Shown here piece after piece: positions 11,757 through 25,890 of a DNA stretch of 64,000 nucleotides. The DNA is from Hydrolagus colliei (lineage: Eukaryota): positions 11,594,001 to 11,658,000 of the forward strand of contig CM068748.1 in NCBI GenBank assembly GCA_035084275.1, in the 5' to 3' direction. The translations under genes and the position numbers were made by a program. Below the pieces are notes generated by a model that was given only the letters and a program-made list of their open reading frames with translations, had not been told where the DNA came from and did no database searches. Within the stretch, counting starts at the first letter, position 1. Each line of letters begins with the position of its first letter.

Positions 11757-12040
11757 CTAGAAATCATTGAATCATACAATTATACAGCACAGAAGGAGGC
11801 TATTCAGCTCATCAGATCTGTGCTACCTCTTTTTAAAGAGATATCCAAATCAATCCCACTCCCTCTGATCTCTCCTCATAGCCCTGGAAACTTGTCTTCC
11901 CCAAACAATTAAAAGTTGTTATCAAATTGGCTTCCACCACATTTCAGGCAATGCATTCCACATCAAAATTGTGAGTGAAAAATAATTCTTCTCACCTTCT
12001 GTCTGTTTCTTTTAACAACTATTTTAAATCGGTGTACTCA
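11757..12040 (-). mobile_element. CR1 3' fragment
   Basis: Collinear with 3724-4005 (gcacagaaggaggc...aatcccact...gcttccacca...ggcaatgcattcca). Confidence 0.85.
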
Positions 12041-15000
12041 ACCTTATAAAGCTTAGTACTGTACTTTGCATGCTTTTTTAAACAGATAACATTGAGTCTG
12101 TAATGCTACAGAGGACATCAAAGCAATGAAGGTACTATAAATGTCTAGCTGTAAGCCACTAAATGTTGGTAGGAGGAAAACACTGAACTACCAGCGACAA
12201 GGAATCTGAGAAGAAGATTGAAACATGAATCTCATAATACCAATGAGGGATTGATTCTATAGCTGCACCTCGGCCTGTCACTAATTGGGCTGCTTAGCAA
12301 TACCAAAGCATGAAAACTGGAATCTGGTTAGAGAGGCACCATGTGGATAATTAAGCAAATTTTGCCGTACACATGGGAGAAGCCTAGTACATGTCTGTTC
12401 TATTACATAATGCCAGAGTAACAGTAGTAATGTACACGAATGAATTTTGAGTTATTGTTACACCATCCATCATGTAACATATAATACAGCTTCACTCTGC
12501 AAGGTTAGACAAAGCTAAACAGGAGCCAGACTTTCGTATCCAAATAAATCACAGCTAAATAAATGCAGATACCGACATCCTCAGATACAAGCATGTTCAC
12601 TCAACATGTGAAACAAACATTCATATTCTATTATGGAGGGGAACTCAATGGTGGAAATTTGACGTAGTCAAAGACTCATTTGGAGAAGCGTAGCATGTAT
12701 ATATTAAGTTCCTTATGAATGCTCAAAGAAGGACAATCAGAAAAACATCTCCACTATGTGATTGTGAGTTTCGTTTATTATTACTTCATAGAACTATGCA
12801 AAAACTTGAAAACTTGAAAAATAGACCTGCCGAGGGATATTTTGAATATTGTGCCCGCAGTTTGAATCTGTCTGCAAACACTAACTCCAGCCGATGGGGC
12901 TTTTATGATTGTAAGAGAGAAGAAAGATCATAAAGAAATTTGTAAACTAAATGTGGCAAGCCTATAGGCTTCACAACCTGAAGATGGATGCCCCCTCATT
13001 CCACCAGTCCTATTGTCTGTGACAGAATGTGATTATCTAATATATTTTTGTAAGGTCCGTAATATAAGGTAATAAATCATAAGAAACAGCTCGTCAAATA
13101 AACAGAGCTCTGCTAGCAGCCAAGTGAGGTCTGCGAAGGCTTGCCCATCCAGAATTCAGTGCTCACAAAGACAGGCAAGGAAAATGGCTCTGAAACAAGC
13201 CCACGAACCCTATCTTGTAAGATGGCATAAATCACACAGGATTTGTTTAACTGGCTGTCTTGTTAGTGTGGCCCATGTCTGCAATTCAGGAGACACATCC
13301 ATTCAGCCAACCTCGCCATATCACGACAGTTGCCTCATCAAACTGTTAACAGTGAGATGCTTGGGAGATAGCTCTTCCAATTTCCTTTGTTTGTTAAATT
13401 TCCATGCTCAACGGATGAAGGGAATCGGAACATTTTCTTTTCCATCCAACTCAGCATCAAGCATTCCCGGGTCAGTGTTTGGGTCAGGTCAAGGCTGGGC
13501 TCATGAGTATACAACAGTTTCATCAGCTCCCATAATTTCTACAAAATAATTTCGCATAATATTTCTATTGAATCCAAGGAACAAATTATAATGTGTATAT
13601 ATAACAACTTTATCCTTTTAGAATAAAATCTTAAAACATACAGTCAAAAAAAAAACTTTCTTGTCCCTTTTGGAAAAGAATCATGCTTGACTGATAACTT
13701 GACAGAGTTGTAAAGAAATAGCTTTCTCATACTGATTTTGTCATAATAACGTTCTTAATACAATCTTCACACTCGCCCTTTTTTTGTTCTTTCTGCCATC
13801 TATTCTCAGCCTTGTTTGGTAGCTCCTCGTTGTTTAATCATTTTGGCCATTTTCCCTCTACACACTCTACGCTTTTCATTTTCTTTGCCGGTTAGCCACC
13901 CCGATCACATTCTCTTTTATCCTTCTCCGATCTACTTTCCTATCCTGCAGGTTCCTCATGCGTCTCGGAGGTGGAACTCTTCTCGGATGAATACCAGTTT
14001 TGACTTCCATGAATCCCAGATTGTAGCCAAAGGAGGTTCATAGTGCCTGGAAGATGATCAATAGATGAGCTGAGTTCCAGAGGATGGACATGAGACACAG
14101 CCTGGGAACATATGGGATCACTATTTACAATGCCTTTTGCAAATATCACAAACTGGAACCCATCATGGCAGGTGAATATTTTGCTGCAATGAAAAACATC
14201 AGCCATAATCTTACACGATGTTGCTCAAGGAGATGTGAATGTGCCCCAAGCCAATCCTGCAGACCCAGAAACCAACAATCTGTGAGCAATTTGTGGGTCA
14301 CAAATAGTATGACACCATCATAAATCTGTTGAAAATTAACTCTAAAGACTAGTTCAACTCTGCTTTTGTTATTGTGACCCCCATTACAACAGGGATAGCT
14401 ATTCCTATGGGGATTTATGTTTATTTATTTTTGCTAGTCTCCTGGGTAGAAGATTGTTCGCAACTTGTGCTCTGTAATCATAATTGTGCAATTGGGAATT
14501 CGAGGACTCCACAGTTATTTCTTCCATCAGTGCTTCCTGCTGTTGTATTTAAAATGTCTCCCTGTTTTAACCCAAATGGCCTGGTAGATTCATGCATTCA
14601 TTCATACTTACATCCAATGTTAGAGAACACATGCGTGCAATTTTAAACTAGAAATGAAACTGAGTACGGTATATCAATAAGGGTCATAGAATTTTTTTTC
14701 AAGATCTATCAAAATTCAAGAATACCCTGAACATTTAAACTGAAACAGTACATGCACTACAGAAAATTGCATTGCACAAATGTTCCCTTGGCAACTTCAT
14801 CCTGTGTTGGCCTCATTACACATCAGTTACATCCATTACGTGTGTCTTTAGTTCCTTAGCTGCAGAATTCTTTAACCTGACATTAGAAGCAAGTTGTCCC
14901 TGCCCTGTTCATTTGGACATGTTTGTTGGATAAATGTCACATGCATCTAATGAGGGTATCTAATCTATTCAACTTAATTAACAGCAGAGCATTGCACAGA

Positions 15001-15770
15001 GCTTTTTTTTCTTGAGAAAAGCAGTTGCATTACAATTTTCTATTGTGTATGGGCTACTGCTTCAGTTTAAAATGACATGTTTTTTGAGGATTTGTATAGA
15101 TCTTAAACAATTCTGTGAACATCATCATTCAGTTGGCCTGCTTTCCATCCGGTTTCCAGCCCCAATAAAAACAAGAGATTCAGAGTGGGCAGTAGTACTG
15201 TAATGGTGTAGGCCTCTCACTGAAATTGCTCACTGAAAGATTGCTGCAGCGATATATTTGGGGCACAGACACATGCACACATTCTTTGCAGAGTTATGAT
15301 TTTAATTTTAGTAAACTCCATCAAAAGTTCTATGCCCTATGTTATTACTTTATATTGTGCCCCATACTTTGAATTAGCCCTCATTTTTAATTCTAATGAA
15401 AAAAATCCCCATGAGTGCTTCACAGCCTTTACTAGTCAAGAATGCACAACACACTTTATTCCACCATATATTATCCTCATGCATATTACCACAGTATGTT
15501 TTCAACAGAGCACGGCTCCATTAGGAGATCCAAGAACCTGTAAGATCCCTTTCCCATGGTACATTAAGACAGAGAAAGCAATGTTAGAACTCACTGTTGC
15601 TAGTGATTGTGACCCTCACAATTTCTGTTTTCCTTTGTGAGAATCCACAGCAAGTGCTGTGGTGTGGTATTTTCTGAACATGACTCCCAGAGGGAGTCAA
15701 TGAAGAGGAAAAACATATTTTTGAAAATGCTCACTGTTCCAGAAATGACATAAAGCAGGTAAACTTTGTC

Positions 15771-15908
15771 ACCTTGGCTCAGTTGTAGTACACATGCCTC
15801 TAGGTCAGAAACTTGTGTGTTAGAGCCACGCATTGGGAATTGAGCTCATAATGTAGACTAGGCTGCCATTCAAGTGCACTATAGGAGGAGCGCTGCATTG
15901 TCAGAGGC
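15771..15908 (+). mobile_element. DeuSINE-like (SacSINE1/LmeSINE1-type) 5' relic
   Basis: tggctcagttgtag...gcctct..gtcagaa..ttgtg...ttgagctcataat...taggctg...agtgca.ta..ggaggagcgctgcattgtcagagg matches my recollection of the shark DeuSINE head. Confidence 0.6.
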
Positions 15909-15911
15909 ATT

Positions 15912-16085
15912 AAGCATGATCAAAGAGGTAGGTCTTGAGACAGACATTGAAAGAAGTGAGGGAGGAATGAAGGGAGGGAGGAATGAAGGGAGGGAATGAG
16001 TTGGAGGAACTCCAGGATGGAGTTCCAGAGTGCGGGCAGATAGACTGAAAGTCTAACCACCGCTAATGGAATGGTGGGGACATGT
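15912..16085 (-). mobile_element. Old L2 ORF2-end fragment
   Basis: aagcatgatcaaagaggtaggtcttgag...ggagttccagagtgcgggc..gactgaa is the reverse complement of the W-N-S...F-K..L-K-T-Y-L-F region. Confidence 0.65.
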
Positions 16086-16979
16086 TGGAACTGAGGGAAC
16101 AGAGCTTAGTCATAGAGCTTAGTCAATCATGTGTGCTTTCCAGGAATTGCCTGATTAGTCATCAATTTTACAAAGCAGAGAATGTCATCCACTTACGAGA
16201 AGTGCAATGATAAAAAAAAACACCAACTACAACAACATTTGTAAAGCTCCTTTCATGTCGGGAGGCTTGATGTTCAATTTCCCATCAGGAAATTCTCTGT
16301 GCAGTAACCTTTCAGGCAGGTGGGTTGATTTACACTATGGTTAGCTTATTGGTTAGCTGTTGGCTGCACACTTCAAAGTTAACAGAGGTAGCATACATGT
16401 CACTGGTGCATTTTACCAACACATCTTCTGCCAGACTCACTTCCCATTATCAGAAGCAGGTGTGTGAGGCTTGATTATCAGCCACACATAGAGCTAATGA
16501 TCTCAGCTTCATCGTCTCAACAAAGCTCCAGGACCAAAAGTCATCTGTCTAACAAAGATCCAAAGTTTTATCATAAGTACCTGGTATCTACCATGTGCAA
16601 CAGAACCCCAGCTTATTCTTCTGTAGTGTTACTATTCTATTCCCTGGTCCACATTTCTGCTGCCAATGGCTATCACTGCAGCTTGTGCTATGTCCTTGGC
16701 ACGCTGATGCTTACACACAAGAATTAATGACATCAGTGTCATGATTGCAGCTTTACTGAGAAATAACCTGCGTTTAATTGCCGTGAAATTCTTTGTCCAA
16801 TACATACAATGTTAATCTTTATGTGACCATACTGTTTTGTTAGACTTCATTCATAATTAGTGTTATTGATCACAATTTAGACGCGCACATAATGCACATG
16901 GACCTTATCGGAACAGGTCCTTTCAGGCCTCACCAATAATTTTTAAATAAAGGCAGGACAAACTCTTAAATAAAACACA

Positions 16980-17290
16980 CGCGTTTGATTAAGTGCGGTC
17001 AGCACTCTGCATGTGAGAGAACAAGCGCATCAGCAGCATATAAATCATTGCTCCGAGAGAGAATTAACCCTGGGCTCACTTTCAGCGAGTGATTTATTAT
17101 AATCAGCTCATTACTTAATTAAAAAACATCTTTACTGGGGAGATCTCTGCTAAATCGCACCCTCCATAACATTTACGGATGCAATTTCTGTCAGATGAAT
17201 TAGAGGGAGGAAAAGAACGTTGATTTGAAAAAGTTCAATAGCTATTCAATGCCAATTAATTCAAGGCCTGGTTTTATTCCTATCTGGTCC
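16980..17290. promoter_or_regulatory. Candidate conserved non-coding enhancer with Pbx/Hox-type sites
   Basis: ATAAATCA at 17040-17047 and TGATTTAT at 17090-17097 (opposite orientations), dense TAAT/ATTA cores, retained CpGs, and no repeat similarity. Confidence 0.45.
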
Positions 17291-17453
17291 TGATGTGCTG
17301 CACAGCTCTAAAGTGTATCACTGAATTCCTAAAACTTCCAACATAACTGTATCAGATGTACATTAAGTCTATTAGGTTTGTCACTGTTTATTTAAAAACT
17401 TTTTTTGTTGTTACTGGGGTAATTTAAAAAAGCTTGGAAGTTGATCTTTAAAC

Positions 17454-17542
17454 AATAATAAATATTCCTTGCATTTGCATTTCTTCTAGACGTATCAAAG
17501 CGCCTCTCGAAAAATACTGTAAAATGAATTGACTGTGGGTGA
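17454..17542 (-). mobile_element. SINE 3' tail fragment
   Basis: ccttgcatttg...caaagcg...aatactgtaaaatgaattgactgt is the reverse complement of the tail. Confidence 0.65.
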
Positions 17543-18202
17543 AAATATCCAGATATCTAGATTCTACATAACAACAAAAATTTACATTTATTTTGTGTGT
17601 TTCAAGTTGTCTCAAACTACTTCACATAGCCATAGCTAGCTGACTGGGAGCCTGAGCTGGGGAAAGGGGGATGAGAGGACACACATGGTGAGGAAATGTG
17701 GCTAAAAGTATGGTGGAAAAAATAAATCTTACATGCGTTTTGAAGGTGAGAAGAACAACTAGAACAGGAGAACTAGAAGTTTTCAATACACCCGCTGAGG
17801 AGAGACTAACAATTTGTAAACATGTAATTATTCCGGTGTGTAAAACCAATAGTTTGCTATCTGGAGGCAGGGTGGGTGGCATTATTATCAAGTGAAAGCA
17901 GTTACCTGCCTGAAATGGTGAATGACGTTGACTTAAACAGGAGAAATAGACATCCAGCTCAGACACACATTGCCGTTTAGATAGAAAACAGATTTTTATA
18001 ACCCTTTTCCATTCCAAATCCCGATAATAGCACATAACTAAAGACATGCGAACACAGCATGAGCTTTTGCAGGGGAATTTTCATTTTTTTTTAAGTTTAA
18101 AAAATACATGAGGAGCGTTTTAAAATCACTGCCACTTGTAATGGCAAATGTTAGGAGTGGATAATAATTCCACACCTCACCCATGTCCACATTCAGTACC
18201 AG

Positions 18203-18506
18203 TAATAATAATAATCATCCTTACATTTGATATAGCACTTTCACGTTTTCTGGACGTCTCAAAGCGCTTCACAGAATATACTGTAAATTGAATTGACTGT
18301 ATATTTGTGTGCAAAATGCAGCAGTCAATTGCGCACAGCAGTGTCCCACAAACAGTCATGGATTGAGGTGACCAATTTATTATTGGGGGGTTTTCAGGGA
18401 TTATTATCAGGCATGCGGAGTAAGGAAGGTTTCATCCTGCCTGGAATTGAACCTGGGTCTCTCATTTGTAAGGCAAGTGCTCTAACCACTGAGCTATGGG
18501 ACTCCA
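18203..18506 (-). mobile_element. tRNA-derived SINE, short-CORE subfamily
   Basis: Reverse complement tggagtcccatagctcagtggttagagcac...ggttcaattcc; intact A and B boxes; (ATT)n tail. Confidence 0.9.
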
Positions 18507-18772
18507 GTAGCCAGTAAAACTGGTGTAGCTACAAGTGCTGAATGGGTTCATCATTTACCTGGTTAAAAATCATTCTCTTCTGCCCAAAAAAAGTGTGTTA
18601 CCATTTAACATTCTCAGAGAACTCAAGTGAATGTGACTTCAATTCTTCTACACCTACTACAGAGTCCGGAATCCATTGTTCCCAACCTAAAGTACAATAT
18701 AGAGGTGTATTATACACCTGCCATCATTCAAAAAACATACATTTTTAAGAAAATAAAAATGTATTAAAAAGT

Positions 18773-18915
18773 AATAATAATATGGTCACTCAATCCACAA
18801 CTGTTTGTGCGACGCTGATGTGCGCAATTCACAGTCAATTCACTTTACAATATATTCTTTGAGACATATCAAAGGCATGATAAGGTACTATATCAAATGC
18901 AACAATTATTATTAT
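18773..18915 (+). mobile_element. SINE 3' fragment with internal deletions
   Basis: tggtcactcaatccacaactgtttgtg...tatcaaatgcaacaattattatt. Confidence 0.75.
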
Positions 18916-20951
18916 ATCCATATGATATCCCAGCTTCAACTGGTGTGGTGGGGGCGAAGGGTGATAAGTGAACAGGCCCGTAATCCCAAACTCTGATATT
19001 TAGGGTGATCTTAGCCGACAAGAAGAATCCTATTTTCTAGTGATGTAGAAACAGTAAACTGTTAATAATGCCACTCTCCAACTATAAATTATATATACAT
19101 TACATATTACATATTACATATACATAATCCAAATTCATAGGCAATGCTCGATTTCTGGTTGCAGTACCAAATGAAATCCCTTCAAGCTTTAAGATTTCTA
19201 CATAAATATTTAGCAGTTCTGTATGAGTAAAACAATAGTCTTTTTTTTTAAATGCTCCCAAGACTGCTACCATGAGCTGATTCAGACATAATTTTAGCCA
19301 GACACTGATTCTGTCCATTTAATATATGGTGCATTGCATTAACATGCATAACTATGCCAAATTTCAAAGCACTTATAGATGTTATATAGGCTGATGCACA
19401 AAGATACCAGATATATTGAATGAATAGATCAAATTTAAAAATACATGTCTGAATATGAATGTGAAGAGAATTTAGACCATAATGTTGTGCAGTGTCAGAG
19501 CAGATGATGCTACCCTTTCGAATGAATGTACTTTACTGCAAGTATGTATCATTCCCCTTGGGATGTCATTAAATCACATGACAGTCTGGTATCAAGTAGT
19601 TCTTTTGATTTGATCATAATTCACCAACATTTCTTGGAATCTGATTATTACTCGTAAAAGGACTATAATATTTTATGCAAATTGGATTATAGAGCTACCA
19701 TTTCTGGAGAGTGAGGTATAATAATGGCACGCTAATGTGGAGTGTTATGGACCAAGTACACATTTTATGTATGTCTGCAATTGATAACACAACATTTGTC
19801 TAGAGAAACCCAGCCAACAACATAATTAACCTTTCAGTTGTGAGGAGCGACAGCAAGTCTGCAATAGAAAGCTTGCTGGATAGCATGAAGTGATAGTCCA
19901 GACTGTGTTTAATATCCTGTGCTTCTGTGACTGATGTATTTTACTAGTGAAAAGCTCTTGGGAAGCAATGTTCGAGAAATGTATTCTCTTTCCAATGTGT
20001 TTTTTCTCCCATCTTACAAGTCAGTTATTATTTGGTACTCCTTGCTGTGACTGCAAAGCTGCGATGTTCCAGACCACATATTTCCCCACAACTGAATTCT
20101 CTGACTGTAGAGTAGCATTGTGAAGCATACTTCTGTACTGTACATTCCTATACTTTAGTGTTTATGCATTTTCATTCAAGATTGATCATGAGGCTATAGT
20201 CACCCCTCCCCTCCAACACAATCTGAATATTTGCTGGTATATCTATATGTAGACAAACATTCAATATGCACATGAATATCATCAATATCATCAATTCATC
20301 TGAAGCATTGTTGGTCAGGAGAAACTCCCTTCAGGCCAAGTGTTCAACCACAGACTAAATAATCTAATGGAATGAGAAGTGATTCAATACAATGGAGTTA
20401 CAGGTTCGGTTTGGTTTGCTTAGGTATTTACAAAGAGTTAATAAAGATGTCCATAATCCCCTGGTAAATTAACTATTTTGGTGCGGGTTAAGTCCCACCT
20501 AACATATCTCCACAGTGCATGCCATTAATGTTAATTGTTTGATTAAGCGGGTAATAATTCTTTGCAGTGACTTTCTCAATCAGTTTAAAGTGCTTTATTG
20601 ACCACTAGATTGTAACATAACCACAATCACATTGAGTCTGGCCACTGTTTGTCCTGTACTGACATCATACTCAATAACCTACCCACATCAACCTCTAATT
20701 AGTGAATTTCTGTTTACACTGCTCTGTACTGACCTGTGCTGAGCCTAGCCTTATTCCCTTGGGTTATAACAGAAAACAGTTCTAAACTCAGTAAATCTCA
20801 GAAAACAAACTTTTATTGCCAGAATCATTGAGACATTAGCAAGGTAGTAACATGGGTTGATTATTTCCTCATTTATGCCTTTGTTATCTTCAGGAGAGAC
20901 TTCAACAATGCATTCCTCACTGGCTCTATCCAATAAATTCTAATTGACACA

Positions 20952-21320
20952 ACACTCTGCAGCCCATAGTCTCACCAGGCCTTGCACAACTATTACTCTC
21001 ATTCTTATTTGGCACCAGTGTATCAAGTTTTAGATCCTTGACTTTCTAATCCCTTCATGGTCTCAGCTCTTCCTACCTATGCATTCTCATTCAACTCTGT
21101 TTCCCTGCCATGTCTTCACTCTTCCAATTCTGGTCTGCTGCTTGCTCCTCCACTTCCTCTATCCTGCTACTAACAGTGGAGCTTTCAGCTACTGTGCCCT
21201 TGTCAACTCAAACTCTCTTCCCAAATCTTTTAATCTGATACCCTCTCTCTGCCTTTAGATCCCTCCAAAACATATCAACTTGGCTGTGCCTTCAGTTAAT
21301 ATCCTTAATTCTCCATTCTT
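20952..21320 (+). mobile_element. Ancient L2 ORF2 3' fragment
   Basis: actctgcagccc...tttagatccttg...cttcatggtctcagctcttcctacct...gctttcagct...aactctcttccc follows L2 C-terminal codons in order. Confidence 0.65.
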
Positions 21321-21454
21321 TCTAATTACCTGGTGCTCCCCATTACAATATGGTTTATGGATAATGTTAATAGCAAATTATCATTATCAATTGTCAGCGC
21401 GTTGTCATTTCTGATCTAGTTTGGAACCTGGGTCCTAGAAGTGCAATCTAGCTT

Positions 21455-21792
21455 CAACCTGCCCACCCACTCCGTTCAGCAGCTTCCAGTCTGCCCCACG
21501 TTTCCCGCCTGACCCACTCTACCATCAGTGGATGGGCTTTCAACCACTCTGCCCCCACACTGTGGAATTCCATCTCACAGTCCTTTTGCCTTGCTTCCTC
21601 CCCTGCCTCCTTCAAGGTTGGTCTCAAGACCCTCCTTTTCAATCGTGCCTTCTGCTGCCCTCCCACCTCTCTCCCTCCAGTCCCCCCTACCTTGTCCCTC
21701 CACCATGCTTGGGTCTCAACCCATGACTGTTCAGGGAAGGATGTCCTCCTGACGTGAAAGGCACTCTACAAATGTAATCTTGTTGTTGTTGT
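21455..21792 (+). mobile_element. Older L2 3' fragment
   Basis: Collinear with about 42285-42640 (accatcagtgg...tggaattccatc...ttcaaggttggtctcaagac...gacgtgaaaggcactct...(TTG)n). Confidence 0.85.
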
Positions 21793-24112
21793 CCATTACT
21801 CAATACCCTACTAGACAGGAAGCTCTCATATCCTGTGTTGGGGTAGATCTTTTGAAAAAACAGATGATTGGGTAGTGCTCAAACCAATTCTCCTAAATCA
21901 TCTATTCCAAGTCTGGTTTAAGTTTTGACAGTTCAGAAATGCAATCTGTATAAGATAATAAAACAGGATGCTTATGGTTAATACATTATTTTCAATGGAT
22001 AACCCATTTCCTATTTATTACAATATCAATCATTCATTTCAGTCATGTGGCACAAACATCTATCTGCTCAGCAATAGAAATTAGAATTTATATACTGATT
22101 ATTTTTAAATCAGTGTTATCCATTATACATTAGACTTGATAGTATGACAAATGTTCCTCTCAACTTTACAATGTAGGCACTCACCTAAGTGAGCACACTC
22201 TGCTCCACTTACCTGTTAAGTGTATACTTAAGTATAAGCAAGTACAGTATATAGATTTTTTTTTAAGGTTGAAATGTTTTCCGTTTAATTCTATTGAAGT
22301 TTGCTCTTTTAAAGCTGCAGTCCCAGGACAGTTGGAAAAACTATCTGAAAACCCTACACAAAAAATGGTGCTTGTAAGAAAGCGAATGAGTAATAGCAAT
22401 TCTGCAATACAGGATGCTGTAATACTCTCAATGCATGCACCTGTATGTACCATGCAACCGTAACCCAATATGTACTGCTGTAGATATTCTGTATTGTAGC
22501 AAGCCCCAACAACGTGTGTAAAAGTATTCTTTTTTTTCCAAAAGAGTCCATTAAGGCACGCACACAGATGTCCACCAACTCTCTCTGACCACCTTGTACA
22601 GCATGTTGATGGCTTTGGAAGCAGTGCGTCTTAATGCTGGGTTCCAAATATACTTTGTGTTTGGCGAACATCAAACATTCAAAGTGAGTCATTCAGAGAG
22701 TTGATTGAAAATGGTTAAAGACAGAACTCATGTCCTGCCCTCAAACTCCAGAATTCCAAACACACATCGAATGCATGGAATGCTGTCCTTGCATTCCAGT
22801 CCAAATGCATGGACTGCATTCAAAAAAATTTTTTTTAAATGAAGTCCATGAAAACTAATAAATGGATTCTCCCTCAATATATTATTTCAATGTGTCAAGT
22901 CACTTTCTATTCACTATGATTCAGATCATTACAAATAACTACTGTGTGTTGCAAAAAAAGCTTATTAACCCAGCATTACACTACATTCTTTCAATATTCT
23001 GAACCTGTAAATTCAGCATATGTATATTATACATTTATGGCATGTCAACATTTATTTTATAAGTAACTAATGTGATCTGTAGGTGAAAAGGTCCAGTGTC
23101 CTGGTGTAAAGTCTTATATTACATGTGTTTTAAAAAATGCCCACTCGGATTCCTTCAAAACTATGTATTAAAATTCCCCAAGGTAAACTAATTGTGAAAA
23201 CGTTAGTTCCAATCAATTCTGTAAAGGACACATGGCAGTGCGACCATATTACCCTACCACCCACCTGCCTATCATCACCGTTCTTACTAGGACAATATCA
23301 TTCTTGTACATTCACCATAACCAGTGATACTGAGACAGTGCTCACTGCAACTCCCAAAATGCATCATATATGCTTTCTGTATGATGCAAATGGTAGGAGA
23401 TTTTGGGAGAGAAACATTTTCACGCTCAAACAAATCAATTAAAGCAATTTAAATGGTACTTGTTTCTCAATGATAAAACTGAATAAAGTGATTTGCCTCC
23501 ACATTTTTTCCTCACTGGTACATTTGTATAAAATTTCCATTTTCTCCACTGGCCCCGCGTTTAGCCTCTCTGAAGGAGAGAGTCCAATTAGCATTGATTT
23601 ATGACCATTTTTGTGCTGTGTACTCGCATTGACTAGGACTTGATAGCGACTGCACAAATTTATTTCACTAATAGGAATCTCACAGCTTTCACAAAGACTT
23701 CACTCCATCAGGCTGCATTCAAATCCAAACCCAGAAGTAAAAGGACAATATTTCATTATACCTTTTAATAACATTTTTGTTAGATAAAGTATCATTAAGT
23801 ACTGGATTGGGGAATATTTAGTGCCGTGTTGCAACTACCATATTCCTGTCTGGAATCTATAACACACATAGCAGCCACAAGACCCACTGTGGGATGTCAT
23901 TGTGTCATATCAATTCACTTGCAAGAAAGCTCACTGGCAGGTTGACATTTCCACCTGGGTTAAAAAGATTTGTTTTAATGTTGACAACTGCTACTGTAAC
24001 GACTTTCGCTGAGACAAACATCACTTATGTTCAAGTGTGAGAGGTAAAGATCTTAGGTCTGCAACTTGTCCAGCTTGTTTCATTACACCCAGCACAACAG
24101 TTGTATTATACT

Positions 24113-24235
24113 TGTGTTTCGCCCACAAATATACAGTCAATTCACTTTACAGTATATTCTGTGAAGCACTTGAAGCTAGAAAATGTGAAAAGCACTATAT
24201 CAAATGCAAGCATTATTATGTGTTATTATTATTAC
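24113..24235 (+). mobile_element. SINE 3' tail fragment
   Basis: gtttcgcccacaaatatacagtcaattcactttacagtatattctgtgaagc...aaatgcaag. Confidence 0.8.
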
Positions 24236-24691
24236 CTGCATTCACAATTCTCGCCTTGTCCATAGGGAAGATGCAGAAGCTATTTTCCCGGACACTTTGA
24301 GCACCATGAGATACAGTGGCTTGTGGGCATGGGTAGCTACAGATGAATACCGTTTCTCTGTCTTAACAGTGGAGAGGCATTTCTAAGAGATATTGCAAGC
24401 TACATGACCAACATATCCACCAGATAACAAGAATGAACATTATATTTTGGCAACACTTATCAAAGGATTGGTTTCATTCAGATATGGATGTTATGAATTC
24501 TTTGCAGCCCCAATCTTGATTCAACGCAGTAATGGTATAACACTATAGTTATGATTCTGATCCTGTATGTCTCCAATCCTCTTAAAGCGACTATCCCCAT
24601 TTAAAGTAAACCGTTACCCTCTGCCTAAATTAGCTAATTCTGAATTAGTTATTCACCTTTTCCATTCTGAGTTTCAACCAATGACATATAG

Positions 24692-24747
24692 TTGGGACGT
24701 CCTCCCGACATGAAAGGCGCTCTATAAATATAATTTTTTGTTGTTGT
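24692..24747 (+). mobile_element. Minimal L2 3' tail insertion
   Basis: ttgggacgtcctcccgacatgaaaggcgctctataaat...ttgttgt. Confidence 0.85.
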
Positions 24748-25289
24748 GAACCTTTTGGGTTTATGTAATTAAACATGTATTAGAGTTTAGTTTGTCTACA
24801 AGTTAGTGTCTGGAAAATAAATAATATCATCCCACAGTCAGCTATGTAACTGTAAAAGTCTCCAGCCTTTGCAACCTCTTCTCATTGGTCAGATGACTAA
24901 TCTAACATATTAATTTGGTTGCCCTTTGTTGCATAATGGAGCCAATCTCCAGTGAAGCCTATCAGAATACACCTAAAAATGGGTTTAGGACCATTTATAA
25001 AGTACAAGTTTCTCTAAAGGATTCCACCCACCAAATGCAACAACGGTTAGTAGCTATTTACTTGCAGATTACTTCACGCAACAAAAAGCTTTAAAGAGGT
25101 GACATTTTCATCTGTTGCAGGTAACACTGTTGAGTTCAATTTGGTGGCTCTTAAGAGCCACTGTCCAATAACCTTTTGTCGCCTCTCCATATTAAAGTGT
25201 TTTTGATACCTACTGAGGTATTTCGAAATTTTCCATCCTCATCCAGCTCACCTAGTCTGGGCTTTGTTTTGAAGTGCTCTGTCATTATG

Positions 25290-25890
25290 CAAGGTTAGCA
25301 GTATAGCAGGGGCCACAGGGATCAGAGATAGGTAATTTAATCCTTAATGTTTACTGTGGACTCCACGCCCTCCTTTGTGAATACAGACCAACCAGAAGGT
25401 TTTTAATTAAAAAGATTGGCAATAAGGTGGCATATTGCTATAATCTGCGCTACTCATCTGCTGGAAAATGACTTAACCTTTGCCTCAGTTACCATGACAA
25501 CTAATGGACCTGATTGCACCAGTGTGCTCTCAGTATAGTGCTGTATTTTTAATGGCTGGAGTATGATAACAGGAGAGATTAAAGTCTTATCTAAGCAGTT
25601 AAACAGCGACCCTCCATTCCTGCTCTTTTATTGAGAGGATGCTCTCTTTTCTGCCTCGAAAATTAGCAGATTAATTACGACCATCCATCCTAGGATTCTG
25701 GAGCTGGAATTGCCAGCTTTTGCTGCTGTATTGATTTGAAATGTAACCTTGTGCTTCCTGCTTATGCCATTAAGCAGGATAATATTCATAATGGTTTTAC
25801 TCCAACGCAGCTCAGCACCTGTTCTCCCTCACTCCCTCCAGGAGAAGTCAGCAGCCCCTCTCTTGCAGCCTACAGACATACGGTGAAAGA
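25290..25890. promoter_or_regulatory. Candidate conserved non-coding element with RFX X-box
   Basis: GTTACCATGACAAC at 25488-25501, multiple homeodomain cores (ttaattaa, attaattacg), repeat-free. Confidence 0.4.

Noticed and set aside
13124-13549. 141 aa ORF and opposite-strand 61 aa ORF
   Set aside because: No recognisable motif and no supporting gene structure.
13951-14171. Plus-strand exon-like segment with strong acceptor (ctttcctatcctgcag) and donor (CAG|gtgaat)
   Set aside because: Stops in all three frames and no recognisable protein; a lncRNA exon cannot be supported from sequence alone.
18430-18506. tRNA-like sequences with A and B boxes (also near 83, 6971, 8290, 28713, 47267)
   Set aside because: They are SINE heads without a closing acceptor stem, not tRNA genes.
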